Assembly (NCBI GenBank): GCA_047495785.1
Contig: JBLDXI010000024.1
Location: 2,108,001-2,172,000 of the forward strand
From: Lepidodermella squamata
Lineage: Eukaryota; Animalia; Gastrotricha
DNA length: 64,000 nt
Direction: 5' to 3'
Position numbers and translations under genes: made by a program. The notes under the pieces were generated by a model that had not been told where the DNA came from, searched no databases, and worked only from the letters and a program-made list of their open reading frames with translations. Shown here in pieces: positions 1 to 12,849 of the stretch (position 1 is the stretch's first letter; each line of letters opens with the position of its first letter).

Positions 1-534
1 ATCACAGTCCCTGCCTTCGATTCGGCGATACGCGATGCGGTAAACCCGCCTTAAAGCTTCAAGATAATCTCGCCTAGACTGGTCCAAATTTTCCGGAATA
101 TATTCGTAGCACGTTGAATACGCCTTGACAGATTTAACTTTCGGCAATTTCGACCCTTCAACTTCAACAGTTCGATGCTTGACGACTAGCACGAAATCGA
201 CGTCATTTTCCAGTGAATTAATGTCGACCTTCTCCGGAATTTTGTAGAATTTCAACCGCCGTAGCAGCAGCTTGAACCCGCCCTCGAACGTCTCATTCGT
301 CTCGCGCGCTGTTTGGACGGGTGTCGATTTTTTGCTATTTTTCGGCGCAACAGAAATGATTGTTTTCTCGCTGTTTTCGGACGATGTTGACGATTTGTGC
401 TTCACAACAGCGGCCGCAGCGATGCGAGTCGGCTGTTTCGGCTTTGAAGGTCCAGCTTGGTCGCTGATTTGACCCGGTAATGAGGGCGAATCCTTGCCCT
501 TGTTTGCCCAGGCTTCCTTTTTGGAAGAAGCCAT
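1..534 (-). CDS. Uncharacterised protein, 5' part (runs off window start)
   Basis: ATG at 534, open to position 1 (MASSKKEAWANKGKDSPSLP...EALRRVYRIAYRRIEGRDCD); missing from the ORF track because no stop lies inside the window. Low-complexity N-terminus; no family recognised. Confidence 0.55.
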   Translation of the reverse strand, partial: MASSKKEAWANKGKDSPSLPGQISDQAGPSKPKQPTRIAAAAVVKHKSSTSSENSEKTIISVAPKNSKKSTPVQTARETNETFEGGFKLLLRRLKFYKIPEKVDINSLENDVDFVLVVKHRTVEVEGSKLPKVKSVKAYSTCYEYIPENLDQSRRDYLEALRRVYRIAYRRIEGRDCD

Positions 535-1234
535 TCTCGACTATGCTAAGCTACGACATGGATAATTATTACTAAAAAAATGTGTGCAATATAGGAAAAT
601 TGATTGATTATTTTTTACCAACTGTCTAGTTGGATTAAATATTTATTGGTGGCAATTCATTTTTTTACTACGACTGAATGCTGAGGGATGAGTATTTAAC
701 ATGCAACTATGGTAGCGCAAGGTGAATGAATGCATTTTTGTACATATATGTTCTTTCCTATATGTAAGTACTATACAGGGAAATTCGTGCTGTGTTGCTT
801 ATATTCATCCGCCATGCGAGGCTGTATTAAGGCACTGAGTGAGGTACATAAATGCTGAGCCAGCGGTCACTCTTAGCGCGTGTTTTTGAGACGCGCGCAA
901 TCTTGTTGTTTTGCACCTGTGCGCTCTTGTTACGATCCGGGACATGCATGCACACGTGGCTGCAATATAAATAGCCGGCTGAATTAGGAAACGAAATATC
1001 GATCTAAACTGATCCGATCAAATTGCCGGCGTTATAAAGACAGCTTTCATTCATCCTTCATCCTTCAAGCATTTACTCAAGCGCAGTATTATCGAGGAGA
1101 GACCGATCTTTTGATATCGGAAAATGATTCAATAAGATTTACCGAATTTCCCAAATTTTTAAATTTTTATAAATTTGAGAAAAAAGGTTTTAAAAACATC
1201 AGAATAAAATCAGATATAAAATGGTTGGTTGTAC

Positions 1235-1607
1235 GACTTTTCAGCAGTGACATTTCATCAAATGAGGGTCAAATGAACAGCGACATTTGAGCTGCGACAT
1301 TTGCGCAGTGACAAATCATCAGTGACAAATCAGCAGTGATTTTTGATAGTTTATCCTAAATTGTTCTAAATTTATTATCTTTAACTCGGTGACATTCGCG
1401 CAGTGACATTTCAGCGGAGACATTTCATCAACAGAATTCCAGCCGTATTCAGCTGGGCGCTTCATTGACTTTGAGCTCATAAAGTGCAAGTTCAATTCCC
1501 GAGATAAATGAATAAAAATTGATGAAGTGTCACTTGCTCATTTGTCACTGATGAAAAGTCACTGCTGATTTGACCCTCATTTGCTGAAGTGTCACTGCTG
1601 AAAAGTC
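1235..1607. mobile_element. MITE/foldback-like non-autonomous element
   Basis: About 40-bp inverted termini: GACTTTTCAGCAGTGACATTTCATCAAATGAGGGTCAAAT at 1235 and its near-perfect reverse complement ending at 1607; internal CAGTGACA(A/T) subrepeats. No clear TSD. Confidence 0.7.
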
Positions 1608-2242
1608 TGACCGCGATTATTTTTAATTTATTAAAAAATTAGTAAACAAAATAATAAGAAATCGCATAATTAGCTCAATCCATGCGCGATTGAAGGAGCT
1701 CATCCAGCCCCAAAAGCGCTATTATCGACATCGATTATAGCTTCATTGCTATATTGTGAATCGGGAGGCTGTTAATAGTCGGTTTGTTTCAATTCTTCAA
1801 CTTCGACTGGAGTTGGGTCGATGGATTTGAATGTTTTTGCACGTGTTACGGAATTTATATTTTGCGCTTTTGTTTACTTTGCGCACATTTGTTTGTTTTG
1901 CGCGTTTATTGAATTGATTTACGCGACGCCTGTTGAAGAGTCGCATAGTTTTTTTTAATTTAATTTCGTAACGAAGAGCGCTTGCTTATCTTTTGAAAGT
2001 TACAACATTTCTGCGCAAACTGGACGCAAAAAAGTGCGTAATTTTTCGTCAACTGATTTTTGCCGTGTGGTTGGCAACATTAAACATTCATTCAGTCATA
2101 TCCAGCTAAAACGTTCAGTTTAGTTATTCAGCTATCCCCAAACTTGGTTGCTAATCGATAAATCGCCCGATCGGACCACGCAACACGTCAACGCATCACC
2201 CTCGCATCACATAATGCGTGTATAGTCATTGTTTCGAAAAAA

Positions 2243-3457
2243 ATGATTCCACCGCACTATTTTAAAAACTTGCCCTATTTCTTTTTGTTAATTGGCATCG
2301 CCGTATTGTCCTTACACGCGTTTTACCAAATTAAAATACGCTACTATACGGAGACGAAACATGACCCATGGAGCAAGGCCCCCGCGTTCACCCTTATTGT
2401 CCGCCTATGGCATGGATCAGCTTCCGAGTACTGGCAGGTATTCGCACCTTCCTACATGCTATTCTGGCCGGCAAAGCATTGGAAGAACTCGAAGTTGCTC
2501 CTTGTTTTCGATGAAGAATCGAACAGAGATCACGCGGTTGCTACCACCCTAGCGCTACTACCTCCATATCCTGGTATCAAGTTCGAAAAATCCCCTCCCG
2601 ATGGGACGTTATGCTCAAACTGGAGAAGTATCGGCTACTCGCGGCAGATCTTCTCAAATTTCTACAGCGACCAACTGGCAGATTCGGAGTACATCGGCAT
2701 CGCTGATACAGACTCATTCTTCTCGACAAAGATTATCCCTGAAGATTTGTTCGAAAATGGGAAGCCGAGAATTCTAGGCTACAACGCGTGTTGTCTTGGC
2801 TGGGAGAAACCGGCTGCGACAATAAGTAACGGCAAAACGTATGGGGAATTTATGATCGTACTAGGGTTCCCTTTCATCGTTAAAAGGTCCCACTTTGCAC
2901 CGTTTCGGGACTATGTGAAAGCTGTTTATAACTCGACATTTGAAAAGGCCTTTAACAACATTTGTTCGAAGTTTCCAGAGTACACTCAGTTTGACCTGCT
3001 GGCTTACTACCTCTTCATGCAACATCGCGATGAGTATAGCTGGCACATCCGAGACAACAAAGATGCTGGCCATCCTTCTTTGAACAGAGGCAGGATGAGT
3101 GAAGACCCTGAGGTGTTAGCTCGATCGGCCCCGAAAATCGGCGTGATGAAGCATGCTGGTCATAGTGGGGTTGAAGTAACCCCGTGGATCCTGTACGACT
3201 ACGTTTGCTGGGAGACAAATTTCACAGCTGGATCTTGTCCTCGAGAACCAGCCAACTACAGAGATCCGATAGCTAAATCGGTCGAGTTGAATTTGTTGAC
3301 CGATTTCCTTGTGCCAACTGCCTTTTGGTCGGCCAGGAAGCTACCCGAAACGGCTATGTTACGGTCCTCTGGTGAGAAAGTTCCGCAAAACGCGGATGCC
3401 TTACTGCGACAGCGGCATTTAGCTCACAAAAAGTATATAGGTTCCTGGCACTGGTAA
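2243..3457 (+). CDS. Type II membrane GT-A glycosyltransferase-like protein (DUF6492-like), paralog 1
   Basis: Intronless 404-aa ORF; N-terminal TM anchor; GYSRQ...EYIGIADTDSFF...PEDLFENGKPR contains a DxD motif; paralogous to 8429 and 28019. Confidence 0.75.
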   Translation: MIPPHYFKNLPYFFLLIGIAVLSLHAFYQIKIRYYTETKHDPWSKAPAFTLIVRLWHGSASEYWQVFAPSYMLFWPAKHWKNSKLLLVFDEESNRDHAVATTLALLPPYPGIKFEKSPPDGTLCSNWRSIGYSRQIFSNFYSDQLADSEYIGIADTDSFFSTKIIPEDLFENGKPRILGYNACCLGWEKPAATISNGKTYGEFMIVLGFPFIVKRSHFAPFRDYVKAVYNSTFEKAFNNICSKFPEYTQFDLLAYYLFMQHRDEYSWHIRDNKDAGHPSLNRGRMSEDPEVLARSAPKIGVMKHAGHSGVEVTPWILYDYVCWETNFTAGSCPREPANYRDPIAKSVELNLLTDFLVPTAFWSARKLPETAMLRSSGEKVPQNADALLRQRHLAHKKYIGSWHW

Positions 3458-4177
3458 CAATCCTTTGCTTAATCTTATTTCGGATTTCTGTATAGGTTAT
3501 AATCAATTTCAAATAAAAAAGAATGTGGATTTGGACTATTTTTGTTCTTTTTATCAAGGTCAAATTTGAAATGAGACGACTAAATTCTGGGGTTAAATTT
3601 TCTTGATGCTTCAGGGACAAATTTAAATTGTAGATGATCATCTAAATTCGAACCCGGCTGACCAGTAAGAAGTAAGACGTCTGTTAATTTTATACGCTTC
3701 ATTTCATTAAAACTGCTGGGACGAAATTCTCAATTTTAGCCAAATACCCAGTAAAATGACTTAAATCGGTGACATTTACCGGACTTTTATTCCCAGGTCC
3801 ATGGGCTATGGGAGATCGATAGGAGTATATAGGATAAAGCTGATACGCTATACCCTATTCCCTATTTAAGCCATTCCATGCTGTTAATTTAATTGTCTCG
3901 GCACTATTTCAGTTCAATTACATAAGTGCGCTGAGGCCCGATGTGACGGTGAGAAATGCTTTTTAGCTGTCACTGCCTGTTACTGTTAATGGGACCTAAA
4001 CGTGGATTGAGGATGACTTCCTGACGTCTGAGTTCCCACTCGGGTACTCGTACATTGTCCAAGGTGTGGGAGATGATGGCTGAATTATAGGCCAAATTAA
4101 CCAATAACTAGGCCACCATCAATCGCAGCGGTCAAGGTCCACGTAACCCGAAACGGTTTCACGTGGAATTCTCCTAG

Positions 4178-4184
4178 TATAAAA
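4178..4184 (+). promoter_or_regulatory. Candidate TATA box
   Basis: TATAAAA about 58 nt upstream of the nuclear receptor ATG. Confidence 0.35.
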
Positions 4185-4235
4185 AAACACTTTTGTCCTC
4201 AAATATTTTCATCTGGTAAAACCTCGCTCGTGAAA

Positions 4236-5299
4236 ATGAGCTGTTTGGTGTGCGAGTATCCGTTGAGTCAGCCATCCATAAGATACTCTCTGCGCCATTG
4301 CCAAGCTTGTCAGGTAAAGCAATCCAATTTGAAACCGCTCAAAACTAGGCTTTCCTTACAGAAATTTTTCAACCGCTGTCTGGAGGCGTTTAAGAAAGAT
4401 CCGAGGCCTCGCTTGAATTGCTCATCCGGAACGAAACGGTGTCCTGTGAGTTTCAAGCAGTGCCGTTATGTCAATTCCGGAGCTTTCTGGCGTGTTTCGT
4501 GCCGTCGATGTCGCTTCGATAAGTGCTTGTCAACACGCACGTCTCAAAATCAGAGCAGCTTCGATCAAGTGGTTCCAAATGGTTCCCTCACACAGATGAG
4601 CGAAAGTGGTTTGGTAGCAGAAGAGACAATCCATCTAGTCGCTGCAGTGAAGACGGTGAGACAATCCTAACACTTATCAAATATCTTAAATATAAATATC
4701 AATCAGATTCCAGTCTTAAACGAAACCAATATGACGAAAGAGAGTATTGGTCGAATTCTAGTTGCGAGTTTTGATGCAGCGTCAAGAGCCGTAGCTAAAT
4801 TCTGCTTAGCACAATCTGAGTTCACAGCGTTGCCGATTTCAAAACGCCGGGATGTTTTCGTAGAAACTTTTGCACCCATTTCACTGGCCTGCATTGCATT
4901 TTCCAGCTCTGTAAGAACCGGGCAAATACCTGCAATTGTTGCTCGAATGGTAAGCTTTATTAGAGACACTTTTCATTATATTCTTCATTTGATTTTAAGA
5001 TGGAGGGAACGCCCGTTGCTGCTGCGTTTTCAACGCTGAGCAACGTAAACATGACTGAGAACGATCTCGAGTGTCTGCTCAAAAGTATATTGAGAACGAA
5101 TATTTCTGGAAACTTGGACATCAGCTCTCAACTTATGGCCAACGTTGGAAAATTGATCGTAGATGCTGGAAAATACTTCAATCAAGTCGTGGAGGTCTTA
5201 TGGATCGAATACCCTGAAAAACTATTTCCTACTCGTAGCTCTTTGTTTGATGAATTTTGTTCCTCTTTAGTTTTGCTAAGGGATAATTCAACAAAATAG
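4236..5299 (+). CDS. Divergent nuclear hormone receptor (C4 zinc-finger DBD plus short LBD-like region), about 304 aa
   Basis: Exons 4236-4313, 4362-4655, 4707-4949, 5000-5299, all phase-0 GT-AG. Spliced protein reads CLVC..CQACQKFFNRC..C..C..CRRCRFDKCL; AVAKFCLAQSEFTALPISKRRDVF resembles the LBD helix 3-5 signature. Confidence 0.75.
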
Positions 5300-6622
5300 G
5301 AAACAGTCCATTAGCGTAGGAAAAGGTTCATCTTTCAGCAAACGGCAGTTGAAATATGTGTAGTGGAAGAAAATAAAATATTTACATTCAAAAAGTTAAC
5401 TGAAAGCAACTAGTAGATCTCACATATTCTCCGACAAAGCCAGGGCAGCTATCAGTTCAAATTTAAGGTAGAACCATCATGAAAGCATATCGACCACCTG
5501 ACATTCCAGCATTGTGACAAATGAGTGTTGCAGCGACTTGAAAAACAAAAAGTTGACGATTGCTTTACTATCGATCGCTATCACTACCTACGTCAAACCA
5601 CTTAGGCCCCACATTGAATTTACTGCATATATCCCAATATGAAGAGTTGCAGGTGACAGATTGAAGGAGTTAGATCTGCCTAAACCCAAAGCCACCTTGA
5701 ACTGCCCGTTTTTTCTTCGGAAAGAACCTTATGTATACCTTATGTATAGGTTATGTACACCTTATGGTATATGGTATAGAACTTTCGAATAATGTTCATG
5801 TGTGGCACCGTGACGCTATAATCACTACAAAGTAAAACCTCATTCACCTCGTTGAACTAGAAATTATGATAAAAACTGGACTGTAAGTCGTATTCATCTC
5901 TACTTATTCAATTTGCGATTTCTGATTCGCAACTGCTAACTTTGCTAACTGCAATGTGAAATCATATTGCATTTCCTCTTCCGATATTTGCAAATTTCAT
6001 AAAGCCACAGCGTGTTAGTATTTGCTTGGAGTCCATAGCGCCCAAGTTGCGAATAAGGCTGTAGTAAGTTTGCTTTTCCTGTATCTATACTATGCTGCTT
6101 GTAGGGTAGTGGAACCCGCAAACAAATTTCCCAGTGCCGCGGATTTATAATAACATCACACACCGAGGGTTCTGCTCTAAATAGTGACAACATATGGCAT
6201 TGGGGGGTTCGTTTTTCTCGATTGATCTAAGTAAAAACCTACATTCAACAACTCGATCGCAGCATTTAATGCCTCTTAATCCTTATCTTCAGCGTTTGAT
6301 TGGCTTTTATCGGAGCCTTAAAAATAAGTCCGTAGTTGATTTACACGATCGTTAGAAACGATTAGCAAAAAATGAGAGGTGAGATTATCCCTCGAGAATA
6401 TTTGAATTAATTGCACAATTATAGCTATAAGAGTTCGTCGCTTTAAATGTAATAGACTCCGTATTTCAGGTATTTGCCATCTTATTTATAATAAGCCTAT
6501 GCTGTCTATTTGCCGTGTTTTCATCTAGCTGTTTTTCCACTCCGAGAAACAGCTGCGAAAACTTAATGCGATCCATTAATTTCCGGCGATATCTTGCTAG
6601 CCACTGTGCATCTGCATCCGTC

Positions 6623-8106
6623 ATGTCTCTATCCCACTGTCGTCCGATTATCCTGAAAGCAGCAATATGCGCGACTCTGCTCGCCTCCTCGAGTTTTTTC
6701 TACCTCAATTTTCTTGCAACGGAGGAAGTAATGTCCTATCAAATGCATGGGCAAACCAGCCAGGCCCAGGATTCAATCCTCCTTGAAATCGACGCAATTT
6801 TATCCGCGAACGTTTGCAATCTAAACTACACCTTCTCAGGTAGATGCAAAGTGGAAGATAACCAAATTCCTTACCTGATAACTGGGGTGAAGAACGTGGC
6901 ATCTGCTCGGATGAAAGCTCAACGAATTCATGCTCAGAGTGCATTGGTGATAACCTTCAATTTCGCCAGAAATTACTACGTCGCGCCATTTCTTTACGCC
7001 CTACTCAGCCCATTTTTCGCCGACGTTAGATTCTGCGGACCATCTCACTCAAGAAAAATATTTTCCGATGCCATTGAATCTGTTTGGCCAATAAGCATTG
7101 CTGAGACATTAGGAGGTCTTTATATGGATTACACTAAAGGCCAAAGCGAACATTATGTTGATCATGGCGAGATGATTTACTCATGCGTGAATTTAGCGCT
7201 CAAAGCCGTGGAAATATCGAAGCCTAAGCTTTATGAAAATCTGGATGGGATATGGCTGATTCAAGACGATGTGATCTTCAATTTTTGGCACCTTTTCCTC
7301 TCATCTGTGGTCTATGACCCGAATAGGAGCTATGTCATGCCCTGGCTTACAGTCTACGACATATCGACTCTGAACCGTTGCTCAAATGATACGGAGGTCT
7401 ATTTTGGCGGTAGAAAGACTGGCCCGATTTCGCAGGGAGAATGTGACCAAAAAGCAGTATGGGACTACTATCCTGAGATATATAAGGAACAGGTTCAATC
7501 TTTCCATCGAGTGAGTCATTGCGCCTAGCCGTATTTTATGATAATCTTCTTCTATTACAGGAACTCTATGAATCAAAAGACCCAGTTTTCGTTGCCTCGA
7601 GAAAATTGCTGGAAAAGAATTCCGCCGGTCCAAATCGAATTTTCGCAGGGCTTGCTGATATCTTCTACGTCAGCAAACAAGATTTCGGCTATATTTTGCC
7701 TATTTTTGAATTGGCACATAAAAATAGACTTTTCGCGGAGATAGCTGTAGCAACTGCCTTTCACGGCTGCCGACCTCTTGATTCTTTTGATATCATCGAC
7801 AGCGGTGGCTGGTCTCAGTATTACAAGGTAGTTCAGTTATTATTAATTCTAAAAATATCATTTCTTTCATATTTTTAGATGCCAAATGGTAAATACAACA
7901 GAATCCCTATCCGTGACGTTTATGACGCGAATCGGTTCTTATTCGGGCATCCTTTCAAACTAGGAGGCGTTGCATTGGGGACATTGCGAAACGACGAGAT
8001 CGTTCGAAATCAAAGCAATGCGGAACGCTGTATTTTCTGTGAAATTTACGAATATTCCCTTAGTCTACGGCGCACATTGATGTCTGACTTTCTGTTTTCG
8101 CGGTGA
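6623..8106 (+). CDS. STELLO C-terminal-domain-like glycosyltransferase, paralog 1
   Basis: Exons 6623-7510, 7561-7827, 7879-8106; TM anchor; motifs LVITFNF, FFADVRFCG, GIWLIQDDVIFNFWHL, GLADIFYV, EIAV, FGHPFKL. Start taken at MSLSHC. Confidence 0.75.
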
Positions 8107-8428
8107 TATGGTATTATGAATGAAGACACTAAAAGGTCGATATACGACATTATCATTTGCACCCTTTGGGCATCTAAAATACTCAAATGAGTGAAACATT
8201 TTTTAACCATCCCATGACTCGCGGAATCATCCACCTTAAAAGATATTATGCGAGCTATCGACAGCGTAATATCGGTAAATATTTACTCTAAGACCCGTTA
8301 TAAGCGTTACAACAGAGTTCATGCAAATTTCATATACAGTGTCAGTACACATCGAAAGTGTCTCAGATTTATTCATGCGTCCCATACGTATACCTGGTAT
8401 ACCTGGTATCCCGACACATATAGAGGCA

Positions 8429-9676
8429 ATGAATCGAGCATATATGCTTGGACTTGGTTTCATTTTGACTATGGTTTCATTTAGTTTTTTCTACTTTGTT
8501 ATTGCATCAAACAAAAATGCTGAAACTCGATCTCGCGAACGCGGCTCAAGACTCCGCGGGTCACCTGGCGTTTTCGAAACGTGGCCATCGAATAGCAGAA
8601 ATCAAGCGTCTAATCCTGAATTAGACACCCTATGGTCCAAAGCGCCAAATTTGACGCTGCTTATCAGACTTTGGCACGGTTCTGTCGACGAATATTGGCG
8701 CGTTTTTGTTCCGAGTTACCTGCTGTTCTGGCCTAAAAATCGATGGCTTAACTCCGACTTGGCCCTAGTTTTCGATGACGAATCGTTTGAGGATAAACAA
8801 GCAGCTACTGTCATGTCCTTACTACCCCCATACCCGAAAATCGTGTTTGAAACAGCGCCACGCGGCACTTTTTGCCCTTACTTTCGATCTTACGGCTATT
8901 CTAGGCAGATTTACTCGAATTTTTACCTGGATCTACACTCTCAAGCCGAATTTATCGCAATTGCCGATGCTGATGCTTATTTTACGACGAAAGTTATCCC
9001 TGAGGATTTATTTGAAAACGGCAAGCCTAGGATGATAGGCTACAACGGCTGTTGCCAGGGTTTCGAAAATTCGGCGGCTGAAATTGTTGGCGGGAAAAAA
9101 TTGGGCGAATTCATGATCGGTTTAACTTTCCCATTTATCATGCGGCGGAAACACATGGCGCCGTTTCGTGATCACGTGACTCGCGTTTTCGGGAAATCTT
9201 CATTCGAATCAGCTTTCCGTCATATTTGCGCAAAATATACGCATAAATTAGGCGTTTACAGCCAATTTGACCTCATGGCTTATTACCTGTTCTACCACCA
9301 TCGGGATGAATATTCTTGGCATATTCACGACGTAACAGGAAGTGGTCATCATGTTCTAAACAAGGGTCGAATGACGGATGATCCGGAGGTTTTGGCGTAT
9401 TCGAAACCGAAAATAGGAGTTATGAAACATTCCGGGCACGAGGGCATCGACAAATTGTTATCCGTCGATTTCTACAAATACTTATGTGTAGCCGCAAATT
9501 TTTCAGAGTCAGTTGGTTCATGCGCATCGGAGCGGGAAAGGGAGGAGGTTCGGCATTTCGTCAGTCAAAATTTGCTCAACGACGAGGAACGGGAAAAGCC
9601 GCCTAAGGACGGTGATCAAATGATAAGGGATCGAGACTTGTTGCTGCGCAAATACAATGGATCATGGAATTGGTGA
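8429..9676 (+). CDS. Type II membrane GT-A glycosyltransferase-like protein (DUF6492-like), paralog 2
   Basis: Intronless; start taken at MNRAYMLG just before the TM; IADADAYF...PEDLFENGKPR; clear paralog of 2243. Confidence 0.75.
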   Translation: MNRAYMLGLGFILTMVSFSFFYFVIASNKNAETRSRERGSRLRGSPGVFETWPSNSRNQASNPELDTLWSKAPNLTLLIRLWHGSVDEYWRVFVPSYLLFWPKNRWLNSDLALVFDDESFEDKQAATVMSLLPPYPKIVFETAPRGTFCPYFRSYGYSRQIYSNFYLDLHSQAEFIAIADADAYFTTKVIPEDLFENGKPRMIGYNGCCQGFENSAAEIVGGKKLGEFMIGLTFPFIMRRKHMAPFRDHVTRVFGKSSFESAFRHICAKYTHKLGVYSQFDLMAYYLFYHHRDEYSWHIHDVTGSGHHVLNKGRMTDDPEVLAYSKPKIGVMKHSGHEGIDKLLSVDFYKYLCVAANFSESVGSCASEREREEVRHFVSQNLLNDEEREKPPKDGDQMIRDRDLLLRKYNGSWNW

Positions 9677-10187
9677 CCTGTCCACTTGAAAGATTTCTGA
9701 TGATTTTTTGTGATCAAATCTCAACTTCATTAATAAATTTCAAAATTCACATATTTATTTGATACTTTTCATTAATGTCAAGGCGGAAAAGTATAGGTTG
9801 GATATCAATGAAAGCAGGGGGAGCCTTTGATCCTAAAATGTGGTGCTGAAATGATCCAAAAGCTTGAGTGTCCTACTTCGCACATGCGATAAGGAGAACG
9901 CAAGAAAATAGGACGCCGGATTGCTGGAGTCGTCTAGCAGCTGTCAGTTGTCTATACCTAGTCGAATTTCATTTTTGAGGGCAGACTACAGCCTTAGACA
10001 TGTCTGTTTTGCGCGGGAAAACAGACGGCTGAGGCTATTAAGAAGCCTAATTAAATAGAGGCAGAAATAAACTAGTTGCGCTGATTCAGTGAGAGTCATG
10101 CCTGCCAAGACACGAGACAGTATTTAAGCTTCCCTCAGATAGTCCTTATAGTCAATTTATCAATATGTTTCTCCTTGAATTATAGCA

Positions 10188-12603
10188 ATGATTTTAAGTT
10201 TCATAATGATGCAGGCGATCTGGCCGACTACAATGGCTATCAAACCTTACACGATGACAGTGATGACGATTATTCAGGAGTCACCTATCCGTCCTCAAAA
10301 TGGCAAAACATGCCGAGCAGCTACCAGCCTAGTTGCTGATGTCATCAACAGCCGCAAAGATATTCTACCCGATTATCACATCGAACTCAACTTTGAGGAG
10401 GAAGAATTGGGCACGGCACCTGCGCGACTGGTGACATCATTCAGCCAAAGCTTCGAACAAACATCCAATGCTTCAAAGATGAAATCACCCTTAATCGTAG
10501 GCCCTTTTGTGTCAACTGGTTGCAAAGCCATGGGTGCTATTTTGCACTACCTTAACTTTGTTGCAATTAGCATTAATTGCGCAGCTACGGCATTGACAGA
10601 ACATGCGCGCTTCCCGAACTTGTACCTGATGTTCGATACCGGAAATATCCCTGCAACAACAGTTGAATTTGTGGCTAGTTACGGTATGATAAATTCACCA
10701 AAAATACTAGCGTTTTTATTTCTTGCCTGAAATAGGTAACTGGAGAAGGATTGCGATTTTGACCAGTGCTACGAACTTGAATGACTACTACACCGCCTTA
10801 AACATGCAAAAGCTAGCAATTGCTGCCAATGTCTCTGTACCTTGGTTCAATGTCATCGTTGAGCTCGAAGATGAAGTCATCGAATCTCTAAAAGCAAGCG
10901 ATTCCAGAATAATAATGATTTACATCGGAACAGAGCGCGTTACTTGGAGATTTTTATGCATGGCCTATCAGCACGGCATTACTGGGCCAAGGTACCTTTT
11001 CTTGATTAACGAAGTAAGTTTCAGTGACCCTCGCAACATCCCCGAAACATCGCTATCTGACTGTAGTAGAGACGAATTGATAGAGCAAGTTAAATTTTCA
11101 GTCTGGATAGGAGGCCGACCTACAATTGACAACAACTTGATGTCAGATATCGGCCTAAATGTCTCAACTTTTCAAAGATCTCTTGATAATGATTACCTCA
11201 ACCATTCAATTCCGGGGGATTATCAAAATAGATTCCTTTGCCACGACGCCATGCTGCGAGGTCTTATGTCTCTCGACAGGGCTGATCGAGCTTTGAGATT
11301 GCGAAATCTAACATTTAAAGATTACGGCTCATTTCCGAGAGAAGTCATGCTTATCGTCAACAAATCAGTTTTGGAATCTGACGTAGCAGGATTAGGTCGA
11401 TTATCTCGAATGAAATACACCGAATTAGGCAAAGACACTCTGAATTTCATGGCCATGTCTTATTGGACCCCTGTAACGGGTATGAACATGGTTTGGCTGC
11501 CAGAGAGTTCGAAAATCTTCCTTAATAGTAGTCAGATGCTTCGAAATATTACGAAATTCACGTGGACGGGTTGGGATGGAAAGCCTCCGAAAGACGGGCC
11601 CATCTTCATTCACAAGTACGTCGACGTGGCTGATGAAGTGTTCGAAACGGTATCTGTCATTTTCCCAATAGCAGCGGCCTTTCAAATGGGCCTAATATTC
11701 ATGTTCATCACGATGAGGTCCAAATTTGTATCCGGTAATTCTTTTCCTGAGAGCAAATGCGTTGGGTTACTAGGTTGTATCGTCGCCAACATATCAGCTT
11801 TCACCTTGGTCTACAGGGTTGACACTGTAGATCTCCACTTCGCCGGGATAATTAGTTCCTTACGTATCGTCCTTTTAGTTATAGGAATGAGCCTCACTAA
11901 TGGGGTCATTTCGTTGTATCCTGTCGTTTTGTATCGAATGGGGCATGCCGCTTATATCTCTTCCGTAAAATCCGCAGGAGTATTGGCGTATACTGTACCG
12001 AAGATGTATTATGGCACAAGGGCTCAGCCCAAAGCCAAAGCGGATGCGAGAAGATTGAAAGCTGGTCTTCAGAGTATGTCCAAGGTATCACAGAAAGCAG
12101 ACCGTTTAACCGCGATTGCAACGATTGCTTTCGGCGGATTGAATGCCGCTATTTTGTTAAGTTGGTTCATCGGCGATCCTACAATTTGTTCGCTGGAAAT
12201 TGTTAAAGTGTTGAGTGGATATTCTCCTGTGTCTGATGTACATTTTAAGACTTTCGCTTTGGATTGTACATCGGAGCATCTACTCGCCTGGATAACAGCG
12301 ATATGCGGCAACCAGATTGCAGCTTGTCTGCTCGGGGGGTTCCATTTGTTCTGCTTTAAGAGAAAGCCGATGCTACGGCATGGTTATGAAGAATTTTTCT
12401 ACGCAGTTTCTTCCTTGATAAATTCCGCCACCTTATTACTGTTCGCGATTCTCACGCTTGTGGTCGTGGGAAAACAAAAGACTCAACGTACTATTTTGGC
12501 TTTTCTGCTGTTGGCTTTCTCAATGTCTTCGGCTTTTCTGTGGATCCGTCCGCATCGCAATGAAATGCGAAAAATTGTTCAACCATTGAGGCAAATGGTG
12601 TAA
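10188..12603 (+). CDS. Class C GPCR, GABA-B receptor-like (Venus flytrap plus 7TM), about 787 aa
   Basis: Exons 10188-10683 and 10736-12603 (52-nt phase-1 intron). Signal peptide; INSRKDILPDYHIEL, RFPNLY, GNWRRIAIL, LKASDSRII, CMAYQHGITGPRYLF, KPPKD; seven hydrophobic helices with WFIGDP and ECL2 LDCTS. Confidence 0.8.
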
Positions 12604-12849
12604 AAGTAAACTTGCAGATGAACCTCAACCCTTTTTCGGCCGATTTCTAAACATCAATTACACGGTTATATTTCGTAAATGTCTGTGAGAACGAAAGATC
12701 TACCTATCAATTATAGATATGATAATAAATACCTAAAAATTGAGATTACTGGGAGAGATTAATATCGGTTAAAATGGTTGTCGATTTTGGATTTGATTGG
12801 ATTCCACTAGCTAAGTGCCCTTATCAAAAATATCCCGGAAACACTCAAC

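Noticed and set aside
5725-5780. ACCTTATGTAT tandem repeat, and TATACCTGG at about 8389
   Set aside because: Two to four short copies; ordinary slippage repeats.
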